Origin: Deltaproteobacteria bacterium
GTDB lineage: Bacteria > Desulfobacterota_D > UBA1144 > Nemesobacterales > CSP1-2
Assembly: GCA_016187835.1 (NCBI GenBank)
Contig: JACPIY010000028.1
Span: forward strand, 33,455 to 97,454
Length of the DNA: 64,000 nt
Reading direction: 5' to 3'
The notes beneath the pieces were generated by a model. The model searched no databases, had not been told where the DNA came from, and saw nothing but the letters and a program-made list of their open reading frames with translations. Below, piece by piece: positions 1 to 8,954 of the stretch (positions within the stretch are counted from its first letter, which is position 1; the number at the start of each line of letters is the position of its first letter). The translations under genes were made by a program, and so were the position numbers.

Positions 1-1
1 T

Positions 2-130
2 TTAATGGACGCCGAGGTTCGCGATAAACTCATAATGAACGGAAGAAAAACGGCTGAGGCTTATAGCTGTAGAAACGCGGCATTAAGGTATGAGGAGTTT
101 TATAGAGGGATTTTAGAAACTGTTAGATAG
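2..130 (+). CDS. C-terminal end of a glycosyltransferase family 1 gene (partial; the gene starts left of the window)
   Basis: Frame 2 translates to ...DAEVRDKLIMNGRKTAEAYSCRNAALRYEEFYRGILETVR*, a typical GT1 C-terminus (recalled consensus, e.g. ...RLxxNARxxAxxFSWExxAxxxxxxY). The stop is at 128-130. This is the intact template of the degenerate repeats B, C, E and D. Confidence 0.5.
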   Translation, partial: LMDAEVRDKLIMNGRKTAEAYSCRNAALRYEEFYRGILETVR

Positions 131-141
131 GGTCACGGCTG
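5..141. repeat. Repeat copy A: the intact GT 3' end, which is the template for the degenerate direct repeats bounding the downstream cassettes
   Basis: It aligns with copies at 713-843, 3178-3295 and 6664-6765. The shared core is ...gaggct...cattaagg..cggagttttatag.g.gattttagaaa.tgttagatag. Confidence 0.6.
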
Positions 142-546
142 TTCAAGTTCCGCGTTAGGCAATGTAAAGTCAAGAACTGACCCTACTACTTCTGTTCCCT
201 TGAGCCAATTTTTAACCTCGCTACAAGCTTTCTGATGATCAGAGCATATCTGGCCAGAATCTTTATCGTATTTTAGGTCTACAAAGCCTATTCGCTTTTT
301 GTTAGTCCCCTCCCGGACGCGAAGATCCTCAATGGCATCGTCGAGATCTACACGGGGGCTAAGTACATATCTGGTTTGTGTTGCCGCCCCATTCTCGTAA
401 TCTATAACCAACGTGAGGCGACAATCCTGCGATACGCGTGAAAATTCTATTGGGAGGCGTGGCCCACCACTTTGCCAAGTCCCCTCTCTGGGCAACTCCC
501 GCGGATCCCAAATCAACGATCCCCATCCTATAATTGCAATCCGCAT
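133..546 (-). CDS. ChaC-like / gamma-glutamylcyclotransferase-like protein (137 aa)
   Basis: The N-terminal motif MRIAIIGWGSLIWDP resembles the GYGSLIW signature of ChaC/GGCT-like enzymes. A single gene occupies cassette 1 between repeat copies A and B. Confidence 0.45.
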   Translation of the reverse strand: MRIAIIGWGSLIWDPRELPREGTWQSGGPRLPIEFSRVSQDCRLTLVIDYENGAATQTRYVLSPRVDLDDAIEDLRVREGTNKKRIGFVDLKYDKDSGQICSDHQKACSEVKNWLKGTEVVGSVLDFTLPNAELEQP

Positions 547-712
547 TGTGCTGACCCCCTGTGAATCGTGTGTATATTAATTAACTTGCAAAATGCAGCC
601 TGAAATTCGAAAGAACGTGTTGTGCTGCAAGCGGTTATTTTACTTAATTTTACCCACTGGATACGAAAAACCTAATTTCAAGTCAAGAGGAAGGTAAGTG
701 GCAAACCGTCCA

Positions 713-843
713 AAGAAACTTCTCGATGAGGTTAGTGAGGCTATGCGGTGTAAGCTTTTAGCTGGCGAAAAACAGCATTAAGGCACGCGGAGCTTTATAG
801 TGAGATTTTAGAAAGTGTTAGATAGAGTAACGACCAGCGGCTG
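713..843. repeat. Repeat copy B: degenerate direct repeat of the GT gene 3' end
   Basis: About 85% identity to copy A over the 3' half. It still reads ...LLDEVSEAMRCKLLAGEKQH* in frame and then decays. It is preceded by the motif aatttcaagtcaagagg (671-690), which also precedes copy E. Confidence 0.6.
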
Positions 844-931
844 TGAGTTTGGCCTACCAATGCCTGAGCAAGATCGCCCTCTCATGCTGGTCTGCTCGAA
901 CCGCTTCTTAGGCCGGTTCCCGTTGAGGTGA

Positions 932-1615
932 TCATTTCTGGTCTCCCCATTCCTTCAAGACCCTATAAACAGACTCTTCTACCTCGGTTCGCGCCTCCCT
1001 TCTATCGTAGCCTCTCGACAGAAGCTCGTCGTATTTTGTTTCCGTATGCCGAATGTGAGCGATCACCGCTAAGCGCACCGCCTCTTCATCCAACTTCTTT
1101 GCTGATGCAGATCGACCTATCCGGCCGCTATATTTGAGGCACGCATGTTCGGCTATCTCTCGCTCCCTTCCAGTGGGGCACCTGGGGAAAAGTTCTCTCA
1201 CCCGTGTGGCAAATTGTTCCGCATATTGACGGTCTAATTCCTCTCTCCGGACGGCTTCTCGCTCCCTTCGTCGAACTCTTACCTCGCTATCGGCCAAACA
1301 TTCCTCTTCTGCCCTCTCCAGTGCGCGGGTTTCGACTAATAGCCCCTGCCTTTCATACCGCTTCCGAGTGCGACTCCATTTCAAAACAACAGCGGCTAGA
1401 GTCGAGTGCTTCCGGGCACGTCTGGTAAGTGCCGCATCGCCGGGTGGAAGAAAAATCAGATGATCCAAGTCGGCGCACGCGAGACACAAGGCACCTTTAT
1501 CTCTGGTCAAAGTAATCCAAGCTTTGGGACCAAGATTTTCTCCACACTCATCGCAGGTTGATTCACGGGTCGAGATAAACACTTTGAGTTCTTCTTGTTT
1601 CATGTGCAATTTCAC
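932..1615 (-). CDS. Zinc-ribbon protein with a conserved C-terminal IRHxxTxYDxLL motif, recalled as DUF2293-like; function unknown
   Basis: There is an N-terminal CDECG...CLAC pair (CxxC-N18-CxxC). The C-terminal HIRHTETKYDELL matches my recollection of the DUF2293 signature. Confidence 0.45.
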   Translation of the reverse strand: MKLHMKQEELKVFISTRESTCDECGENLGPKAWITLTRDKGALCLACADLDHLIFLPPGDAALTRRARKHSTLAAVVLKWSRTRKRYERQGLLVETRALERAEEECLADSEVRVRRREREAVRREELDRQYAEQFATRVRELFPRCPTGREREIAEHACLKYSGRIGRSASAKKLDEEAVRLAVIAHIRHTETKYDELLSRGYDRREARTEVEESVYRVLKEWGDQK

Positions 1616-1739
1616 AATCGGGTCTCGAATTTCACGAGGTCCCGTGCCTTATAAGCGTTAAACGACTCCTTTATAATATAACTAAAACTGTTCCACTCTT
1701 TAGAAGAAACTTGTAGACCATTAGCCGCCGAAGGTTAAA

Positions 1740-2135
1740 TCAGTCCTCGCACTTTTCCGCCAAATACGGTGAGATGAGAGTTGTTACAAGTACCACTAAC
1801 CAAAGACTCCCCTTCAAAACATCATACGCTTCTAACAGCTTGCTCAACGATTCGCCCATAACAAAATGTCCAAACAAGAACTCGAATGCTACCGTCAACA
1901 GTAGCCAGATGCCTCCAACAAGCCAAGCTTGATACGAACTGTTTATACCTAAGATTGGGAAGACACCTAATGTGATGACAAAAATGATGATCGATACCAA
2001 TAATCCGCTTACCGGGTGTGCCCACTGTTGTCCCAAATGAGGAACGAGTAGCTTTTCCCTTACTCCTCCATTGAGGATCGCCAGTAGGACCAGAAGAATC
2101 CAAATCCCAATGGATTTTATTGCTATTAATGCCAC
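1740..2135 (-). CDS. Small integral membrane protein (about 4 TM helices), function unknown
   Basis: Hydrophobic segments at ILLVLLAIL, LLVSIIIFVITLGVF, WLVGGIWLLLTVAF and LWLVVLVTTLI. Confidence 0.45.
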   Translation of the reverse strand: MALIAIKSIGIWILLVLLAILNGGVREKLLVPHLGQQWAHPVSGLLVSIIIFVITLGVFPILGINSSYQAWLVGGIWLLLTVAFEFLFGHFVMGESLSKLLEAYDVLKGSLWLVVLVTTLISPYLAEKCED

Positions 2136-2208
2136 TACTTTCTCCCCCTACCGTAGTGCCTGACTTCTCAAATACCTAATAGGAACTGCTTCTTTCTTCG
2201 ACTCTTGC

Positions 2209-2646
2209 TCAATCCTCATGACATGTCGGGGGTTCGTCTGTGGGTTCACTAAAACTAAGTATGTAGCCATTGCAGTCTCGGATAGCGAACTCTCTCCGGC
2301 CATAGTGATAAACCTCCGGACCCCACTCGATTTTCACCTTGTCCACAATCCGGGCATGGAGTCCCATCACATCTTCCACACCGATGTAAAGCTGTCCGGT
2401 AAAGGCCGGGTCCGGCTCGCGCTGGTCGGTATCAACGTAAAAACTTACATGCACATCCCCATGCTCGAGTATACAAAAGGTGTGGTTGTCCTCCGGCCAC
2501 ACGCAGCCCACCATGGACCCAAGTATTTGCGTGTAGAAGTCAATCGTTCGCCACAGGTCGGTCGTCTTGAGCATGGGCCTAATCTCTTTGAATTTGACCA
2601 CAAACCGCCTCCCTAAATTGTGATAATGCCCAAGGCGGTGCTGCAT
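2209..2646 (-). CDS. VOC (glyoxalase/bleomycin-resistance/dioxygenase) family protein. The likely true start is the internal Met at about 2574.
   Basis: VOC-like fold signature and composition (…WRTIDFYTQILG…HTFCILEHGDVHVSFYV…). It is adjacent to a second VOC gene. Confidence 0.55.
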   Translation of the reverse strand: MQHRLGHYHNLGRRFVVKFKEIRPMLKTTDLWRTIDFYTQILGSMVGCVWPEDNHTFCILEHGDVHVSFYVDTDQREPDPAFTGQLYIGVEDVMGLHARIVDKVKIEWGPEVYHYGRREFAIRDCNGYILSFSEPTDEPPTCHED

Positions 2647-2648
2647 AC

Positions 2649-3065
2649 CTACCCAGCGATCTCATCATACCGGCGTCCTAGGAACTCGATCAAGCAGAAG
2701 CCGTTACCGAAAGGGTCGGCCATGTTGGCGATGTGCCCCCATTTGTGTGTCTGGATATCACCCTCAAGCTGAGCCCCGGCAGCTTTTGCCTTTTGGACTG
2801 CCGCTTGAATATCTGCAACTACGAAGTCGAGGTGAACAGGAGTCCAATGTCTTTGATAGTCGCGCCGCTGTGGAGTATTGGGAGAAACAGAGCTACCAAC
2901 GGGCTTAGCCAAGAGATAGATAACTGAGGAAGCGCCGAGCATTTCGGCTACGCTATCGTTAAAACGGCGCCCTAATTTCAGTCCGAAAGCGTTGCCATAA
3001 AACTCTATCGCCCTCTCGAGATCATCTACATCTATGTTTGCAAGTAACTCGATTGTCATGATCAT
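2649..3065 (-). CDS. VOC (glyoxalase I-like) family protein
   Basis: IDVDDLERAIEFYGNAFGLKLGRRFND...VHLDFVVADIQAAVQKAKAAGAQLEGDIQTHKWGHIANMADPFGNGFCLIEF is typical of the glyoxalase/VOC superfamily. Confidence 0.6.
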   Translation of the reverse strand: MIMTIELLANIDVDDLERAIEFYGNAFGLKLGRRFNDSVAEMLGASSVIYLLAKPVGSSVSPNTPQRRDYQRHWTPVHLDFVVADIQAAVQKAKAAGAQLEGDIQTHKWGHIANMADPFGNGFCLIEFLGRRYDEIAG

Positions 3066-3177
3066 TCTAAATAGATGTTATAGGGGATCCTTGCATCTTT
3101 TTTCTTCTTTTTGGAGTGTACTTAAAGGGGCTTCCCAACTCAAGTAAATACGAGAAAAATTACGGACCAACGCCCCA

Positions 3178-3295
3178 ATATGCTTCTCGATAGGGTTCGT
3201 GAGGCTATAAGGCGCAAGCCTACAATTGGCGAAACACAGAATTAAAACACTCGGAGTTTTATAGTGGAATTTTGGAAGGTGCTAAACAGGTTTAA
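3178..3295. repeat. Repeat copy C: degenerate direct repeat of the GT gene 3' end
   Basis: About 80% identity to copy B. It reads MLLDRVREAIRRKPTIGETQN* and then NTRSFIVEFWKVLNR. Confidence 0.6.
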
Positions 3296-3385
3296 AAAAA
3301 ATTGCACATCTATACTACTTGTATCCATAAGGCATTGGTGGTCTGGCCGAGCCAATCAGTCTCAGGACTCCACCTACTCCTTCGA

Positions 3386-4267
3386 TCATGCAGCCATAGA
3401 AGCTACCTTAGCGAAATGCTCCGACAGACGGCGACGGCCGCGGGTGGGGGCGACGCACTCGCTGGTAAAGACCCGTGCGACGAATTCCAAGACCTCTCCG
3501 TAGCGGGGGTGTAACGGCTGTACCATGGCGGCGGTAGCCAAGAGCACATAGCGAGGGATGTGAAGTATTTTGGGCTTTTTACCAACCGTCTTAAATGCTA
3601 TCCGGGCGATTTCTTCGCGGGAAAGTATGTCGGGGCCGCCGATCGAGACGGAGACATCGTTGCCGAGTGTGAGGGTCTCAACGCATGTCTCTGCAACGTC
3701 GAGCGGATGAACGGGGTTGGTCAACGCCTTGCCATTGCCGGGAATATAGATGATCCCACGGCGAGCCATGTGCAGGAACGGGTCAAAAATCGGGAACGTG
3801 CCTGTTGGGCGAACGACGCCGAAAGAGATACCGGATTTCCTGAGTTCTTGGATAACCTCTTCGTGTGCCCGGATGTAGGCAGTCCGGGCGTAGCCCGGCT
3901 GGACATGGACGGATACATAGACAAAGCGGCTTACGCCTGCCTTATTTGCGGCTTGAACGAGGTTACAATTTGCTACGGTATCCACCTTGTGGAAGCTCCG
4001 GCGGTCTTTACCAGTGAAGCCCATAGGTGCGCCGAGACAGGAGATTACCGCATCCACTCCGTCGAAGACGTCGTCGAGACTCTTCGGCTTTGTTGCATCC
4101 CCGGTTGCGATCTCGTGGGCGATACCGCGAAGCGCTTGGGCGCGGGCAGGGTTTCTAGAAAATGTCTTGACCCGATAGCCCTTTTCGCGGAGGAGTTTTG
4201 CGACCTCGTGTCCCAGCATGTCGGTTGCGCCGGCGACGAGAACTGTCACAGAGGCTGCACCCTCCAC
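3386..4267 (-). CDS. NmrA-like / atypical SDR NAD(P)-binding protein
   Basis: N-terminal Rossmann motif TVLVAGATDMLGHEVAKLLREKGYRVKTFSRNP. The start may be the GTG overlapping the upstream stop (GTGA), which would indicate translational coupling. Confidence 0.65.
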   Translation of the reverse strand: MEGAASVTVLVAGATDMLGHEVAKLLREKGYRVKTFSRNPARAQALRGIAHEIATGDATKPKSLDDVFDGVDAVISCLGAPMGFTGKDRRSFHKVDTVANCNLVQAANKAGVSRFVYVSVHVQPGYARTAYIRAHEEVIQELRKSGISFGVVRPTGTFPIFDPFLHMARRGIIYIPGNGKALTNPVHPLDVAETCVETLTLGNDVSVSIGGPDILSREEIARIAFKTVGKKPKILHIPRYVLLATAAMVQPLHPRYGEVLEFVARVFTSECVAPTRGRRRLSEHFAKVASMAA

Positions 4268-5244
4268 TGAGGATGTCGCAGCAGCACGGAGCCCATCGGA
4301 TTTCTCTCCGGGCTGAACCAGATCTGAGACCAGCCTTCCAGTTGAATATCGAACCTAATCTCTAGCTGTACCCAAATGGACAGGTTCGGATTGGCTAAGC
4401 CGAACTCAATGGGCGGCATGGGAATAAAACCTTGAAGAAAAGCGTCCTTGAAACGTGACTCGTTCTCCTCTTCTATCAAAGTCTTGACCTCTTCCCTCGA
4501 GGCAAGTACGACGGGCGTTTCTACGGAATGTAACCCAGGGACACCGAAATCATGAGGGACCAGTTGTAGCGCGGTTTGTTTAAGGTGCAACCAGCACTTG
4601 CACCATTTGTCATCGGCTGCCCATAGCCAGTGCCAATAGCCAGTGAAGCCGGTGATCTGCCCAAATAGCTCGACGATGGGCGAGGATGCAAACCGGCCAC
4701 TGCTGGAGGGCGGCCTGCGATTCGCGTGCAGTTCAAAGTGAGCGACGGCCCCGGTGCTGGCGTGGATCAATGGGTCGTCATCGTAGTTGATGCCGCCAAA
4801 GAAGTGTAACCCGTCTGTGAGAAACGCGGTTTCAATCCCGCGTGAAGAGTGAAAATCTGTGCTTGCCCACCAGAACTCCCCATCGGCTGTCGGCTGTATG
4901 GGATGCGGTTCAATGTCTTGCGGTTTTATATGAAATAAACCTTCCGGGAGCTTGAAGCTACGCGCTACTTCCAAATTGGCTTCGTATTCCTGCCTGATAT
5001 TTGCCACATGCTCATGCAGATCGGGAATCTCCTTACGCACCAATTCAATAAGTCTCTTGTTCAAGCGGCGTTCTTCTTTGGATCCCTTCCTAACCGCAGC
5101 GGTTCGTCGTTGTCGTTGCTGCAGCTCCTTCATTTGCAGGTCTCGCAGCAATCTCAATGTTTTTTTGCTATCCTTGGGCACTTGATGAGACTCGTTGTGG
5201 ACCTCATTCCTGGTCATTGATGAATCTTTTGATTTTTTTGACAT
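4246..5244 (-). CDS. Hypothetical protein with a Lys/Arg-rich coiled-coil N-terminus and a C-terminal domain of unknown function
   Basis: The start is chosen at MSKKSKD because aaggag lies 6 nt upstream. I recognise no family. Its end overlaps the NmrA-like gene. Confidence 0.45.
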   Translation of the reverse strand: MSKKSKDSSMTRNEVHNESHQVPKDSKKTLRLLRDLQMKELQQRQRRTAAVRKGSKEERRLNKRLIELVRKEIPDLHEHVANIRQEYEANLEVARSFKLPEGLFHIKPQDIEPHPIQPTADGEFWWASTDFHSSRGIETAFLTDGLHFFGGINYDDDPLIHASTGAVAHFELHANRRPPSSSGRFASSPIVELFGQITGFTGYWHWLWAADDKWCKCWLHLKQTALQLVPHDFGVPGLHSVETPVVLASREEVKTLIEEENESRFKDAFLQGFIPMPPIEFGLANPNLSIWVQLEIRFDIQLEGWSQIWFSPERNPMGSVLLRHPQWRVQPL

Positions 5245-5417
5245 GATTGTCTCCTTTTCTCGGAAATCATACTTTAGCTTCACCAAATTGTCACGACCGC
5301 TAATTATTCGTAACCGACAGCCTTGCCTTAACTTATCTTTCCAATGCGACTAGCTATTTATTAGGTGGCAGCGATTTATACAACGCTGTCGATAACCGGT
5401 CATCACACGCTTCTCGG

Positions 5418-5837
5418 TCAAAGATGCTTTGTAACCAGAACGCGACCCTTTGCCCCGACGGCGGTCTGGCCGTCTTCACCCTTGACTCGACCTCGCAACT
5501 CAACGATGTCTCCACCAAGACGGGCGTTTGAGGTGACTTTAATCACAAGCCATTCGAGACGGATGGTCTCATCGGTAAATACAGCGCGGCGGAATCGCAC
5601 CCAGAACTCGAGACCGACCATCGAGGAACCCTTCGAGAAGTGGGCCGCGGTAAGCCCGAGAAGTAAAGCGGTGGTATGAGCACCGCTCGCAATCGGGCGA
5701 CGATATCTCGTTGTTGCCACAAAAACCGGATCATGATGGACCGGGTTGTCCTCGCCGGCAGCGCGGGCGAACTCAGCCACCATCGCGGGATTGAGCGCGA
5801 CCTGAGAAGAGAATCTGTCTCTTGGACGAACATTCAT
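5418..5837 (-). CDS. MaoC-like (R)-specific enoyl-CoA hydratase / hotdog-fold dehydratase
   Basis: FARAAGEDNPVHHDPVFV is the MaoC dehydratase signature (FAxxSGDxNPxHxD). Confidence 0.65.
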   Translation of the reverse strand: MNVRPRDRFSSQVALNPAMVAEFARAAGEDNPVHHDPVFVATTRYRRPIASGAHTTALLLGLTAAHFSKGSSMVGLEFWVRFRRAVFTDETIRLEWLVIKVTSNARLGGDIVELRGRVKGEDGQTAVGAKGRVLVTKHL

Positions 5838-6026
5838 GACCGGGCTCCCTTTGCCGGATGACGCCGAACAATTAATTAGGCTACATAGGTATTCTATTTA
5901 TCCTAACGTCCCTGATATACCCTGACCCTTTGCTTTACCTAATTTGGCACACAGAATACAAAGAGCCTGATTTCAAGTCAATAGTATAAGCACGGAGGTT
6001 GAGGATGTTTATGTAGATGTAAGAAA

Positions 6027-6085
6027 TAAATTTCTCGGCATAGCTTGGGAAGCACTGCGTTAAGTGCCGCTACCTCGCCATAGAT
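6027..6085. repeat. Possible fifth, highly degenerate copy (E) of the GT 3'-end repeat
   Basis: aaatttctcggcatagcttgggaagcactgcgttaagtgcc is about 60% similar to the start of copy B. It is preceded by gatttcaagtcaatag (5969-5984), the same flank motif that precedes copy B. Confidence 0.25.
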
Positions 6086-6094
6086 GATCCAGGC

Positions 6095-6465
6095 TCAACG
6101 AGCCTCCGCCAGCCACTGCCAAGTAAAGAAAGACAAAACTATAGAGCGCGGCAACTCTCCTTTATTCAGTAACGGCCAGAACTCCTGTGGTACGTGAACC
6201 ATAAAGTAGGCTACTGCCATCTGCCCAGAAAGTATGAAGGCAACGGGCCGGGTGAAGAGTCCAAGGAGTATAAGGAGCCCACACCGAAGAGTTCCAGCAC
6301 CCCAGCCATTCCCATCAACGACATTAGAGAAGGAGTCTGCTGAGCGGGCGGGATGGAGAAGAGTTTCTGACCTCCGTGCTGCATGAATAGCAAAGCTGTA
6401 GCGATCCGCATGACGCTGAGAAAGCACCGGGACAACTTAGAGAAGAATGAATTTGGATTAGCCAT
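6095..6465 (-). pseudogene. DoxX family membrane protein, split by a frameshift (ORFs 6211-6465 and 6095-6427 in different frames)
   Basis: The N-terminal part MRIATALLFMQHGGQKLF and the C-terminal part LLILLGLFTRPVAFILSGQMAVAYF are both DoxX-like but lie in different frames. Confidence 0.55.
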
Positions 6466-6663
6466 ACGATCCCTCCAGATATTAAGGACTTGTTTAGTAT
6501 TATGCTAAAAAGCGTTGTCTAAACGGTTAATCGTGCGAATAAAACTCGTATAATCATCGTTTGGTATGCTACAGAAAAACGTTGCACCCTAGAATTCGTT
6601 TGGCATTGTAATCAAAATATCTCTTTGAGTCTAAGAGCTGAGGGATCATGGAGTGATCTCAAT

Positions 6664-6765
6664 AAACCTCTCAATCGGGTTCGCGAGGCTAATTTCGAGC
6701 AGAGTTATTACTGGTGGAGCACCGCACTAAGACAACCAGAGTTTCATTAAAAGCAAATGTACTCG
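6664..6765. repeat. Repeat copy D: the most degenerate direct repeat of the GT 3' end
   Basis: ctcaatcgggttcgcgaggcta aligns with ctcgatagggttcgtgaggcta of copy C, and ...ctggtggagcaccgcactaagacaaccagagtttca aligns with ...attggcgaaacacagaattaaaacactcggagtttta. Confidence 0.5.
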
Positions 6766-6935
6766 GCTCATGAGCGAAACTCATGGCCTGTCCAGACCCG
6801 AAATTCTTGGGTAGTACATCAGTCTTGCCGGTGGACAGGAATAAGATGAGATTCTATTTCTGAAAGCTTACCCTGAGTTTAGCCCGAGGAGTCTTCGAGA
6901 TAACGAGCCGTCAGAACCTCTTTTACAAAAGGTTT

Positions 6936-7811
6936 TTAAAGATTAAGAGAAGAGAATTTATTTATCCTTTCTAACAGGTCACTGCTGATTTCGCCATGTG
7001 AGACTTCCTCTACCGGCCCTCGCATTCTCAATGACCAGTCCTCTCTCACTTCAATTTGAAGCTCTCCGCCCGGCATCGAAACGGTTATATAACTATCTGT
7101 AAAACCGTTTTTAACACACGCCGCTGCTACGGCACATGAACTGCTTCCCGATGCAAGCGTATAGCCGGCTCCCCGCTCCCAAATGAGAATATCTACTCTC
7201 TCTTTCGATATGACTTTGGCAAATTGAACGTTAGTTCGCTTGGGAAAAAGAGGATGAGTCTCAATTATGGGACCGAGTTTTCTCGTATAACCTTCATCCA
7301 GTTCGTGGGCAAAAACCACACAGTGTGGGTTTCCAACCGAAACCGCCGTGAATTTAAGTATCTCGCCGTTTATTCTAATTTCTTCACCCACTACTTCTCT
7401 CTCTTCGCCTTCAACGGGAATTAGATTGCTCCTAAAAGTGGCTTCTCCCATCTCTACCGTGACAAACGATGCTCTATCGTCTTTGGTCTCGAGCTCCGCT
7501 GTGACTATGCCCCCGAGTGTGTCTATCTTGAATGAGCTTTCTCTTGTATAACCATGCTCGTAGAGAAATTTGGAGAAGATTCTGAGCCCGTTTCCGCTCT
7601 TTTCCGCTTCGCTTCCATCCGGGTTAAAGATCATAAGCCCAAAGTCCGCTTTCTCGGATGGGACGAGAAGAAGTATGCCGTCTGAGCCTATTCCGTAATT
7701 TCTATGGCAGAGGAGTCTTATGACATATGGAGTAAGTTGAAAGGTAACATCGGCTTTATCGAGAACTATATAATCGTTTCCCAGTCCATGGGATTTAACA
7801 AATCGGTTCAT
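6936..7811 (-). CDS. dapF: Diaminopimelate epimerase
   Basis: MNRFVKSHGLGNDYIVLD and GNPHCVVF are the DapF signatures. Confidence 0.9.
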   Translation of the reverse strand: MNRFVKSHGLGNDYIVLDKADVTFQLTPYVIRLLCHRNYGIGSDGILLLVPSEKADFGLMIFNPDGSEAEKSGNGLRIFSKFLYEHGYTRESSFKIDTLGGIVTAELETKDDRASFVTVEMGEATFRSNLIPVEGEEREVVGEEIRINGEILKFTAVSVGNPHCVVFAHELDEGYTRKLGPIIETHPLFPKRTNVQFAKVISKERVDILIWERGAGYTLASGSSSCAVAAACVKNGFTDSYITVSMPGGELQIEVREDWSLRMRGPVEEVSHGEISSDLLERINKFSSLNL

Positions 7812-7964
7812 GTGTGAATCCTCTCTGTCTACCTAACTTGAAAGTAAATAATCAATGCATAGTTTTTCCTTGGTAAAAAAATAAAAGGGATTAAATACGC
7901 TGCGACCCTTTGAGTAAATATTTAGCACTAGACTACATGCAATCTTCTAATGAAGGTTTTATGC

Positions 7965-8375
7965 TTAAACTATTTCTTCTCTGTAGCCCTCTGCTCCGCG
8001 GAAGATAACTTTGAATAAATCGGTTGTGGAAATGATGCCTACCAATTTTCTTCCATCCATGACGGGAAGATAGCGGACGTTCTCCTCATACATAATCCTT
8101 ACCAGGTCGTCAATGTTATCCTCAGCCTGTGCGCATTGAACACTCTCGGTCATGACCTCGTTTATCTTTGTCTTCTCCAGGTCTTTATCCTCCGCGACTA
8201 CGCGGGAGAGAAGATCGCCCTGAGTAAATATGCCAAACGTCGGCCTTGGGGTTTGAACAATAAGAGCGCCCATATTGTGCATTGACATGATTCGAACTGC
8301 TTCCTTCACCGATGTGCTCTCATCAACTGAGAGGACGTCTTTGGTCATTATCTCGTGAGCTTTCATAACTAACAC
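7965..8375 (-). CDS. CBS-domain pair protein
   Basis: Two CBS motifs (IMTKDVLSV... and VMTESVQCAQ...RYLPVMDGRKLVGIISTTDL). Confidence 0.75.
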   Translation of the reverse strand: MLVMKAHEIMTKDVLSVDESTSVKEAVRIMSMHNMGALIVQTPRPTFGIFTQGDLLSRVVAEDKDLEKTKINEVMTESVQCAQAEDNIDDLVRIMYEENVRYLPVMDGRKLVGIISTTDLFKVIFRGAEGYREEIV

Positions 8376-8589
8376 CTCCTTAATATTATTTTAATGAGGC
8401 TTGTGCTTAATTTATAAACCAGCTTTATCCGTAGAGAGGCAGTCTTGTTATTCAACCAATATAATACATGCAAATGCAAACTGTTATGGGTTTATTGTAA
8501 ACAAAAATTTTATTTTGTACTAGTTGCTGAATATGAGATGAATAAAAGAGATAATGGCATGATTTTAAATGCAACTTTAACTCGATAAT

Positions 8590-8900
8590 TCCCTGTATCC
8601 CTGCTACAGGGTTTGCACTATTATTCCGAGCACATTCACCCTTCGGTTACACTCAGGGCATGCTTGGTTCAGTGTAAACTCAGCGAAGCAATCTCTCTTT
8701 TCGTTCATTTGTCATGTCGAACGCACGTGAGACATCTAGATTTCTCGTTTCACTCGAAATGACAAACTCAGCATCGGATTGCTTTGTCGCAGACTCTGCT
8801 CTGAGCCTGCCGCAGGGCTCCTCGCAAAATGACCAAGGCAAACGTCTGTGTTCACATGACGATACCCTGCAGCTTGCTGCGCGCTGATTCACTGTTGAGT
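8590..8900. repeat. Divergent member of the modular intergenic repeat family (see 46184 and 54664)
   Basis: It shares modules with the other copies: ctcagcgaagcaatct vs ctccgcgaagcaatctgaca; cccttcggttacactcagggca vs ccttcggcggagtttacactgagca; ctcgaaatgacaa vs gtcgaaatgacag. The 70-aa ORF at 8680-8892 lies inside it and is probably spurious. Confidence 0.35.
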
Positions 8901-8954
8901 TTAAGTTAAGGGTAGAGGAATCCGTGTTGCTTCTTAGTCATCATAAGATTGTAC

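Noticed and set aside
2218-2616. 132-aa plus-strand ORF
   Set aside because: It is entirely antisense to the well-supported VOC gene (2209-2646) and has no recognisable motifs. Spurious antisense ORFs of this kind are expected in GC-rich DNA. The same applies to the ORFs at 3560-4270 (+), 51720-52424 (-), 25782-26111 (-) and 35314-35736 (-).
5941-5965. Sigma-54 promoter TGGCAC at 5947
   Set aside because: It has the -24 GG element but no TTGC -12 element at the required spacing.
1-6765. Classical integron
   Set aside because: The boundaries between cassettes are direct repeats of a coding 3' end, not imperfect-palindromic attC sites. No intI or attI was seen. The array looks more like repeated integration at a gene 3' end.
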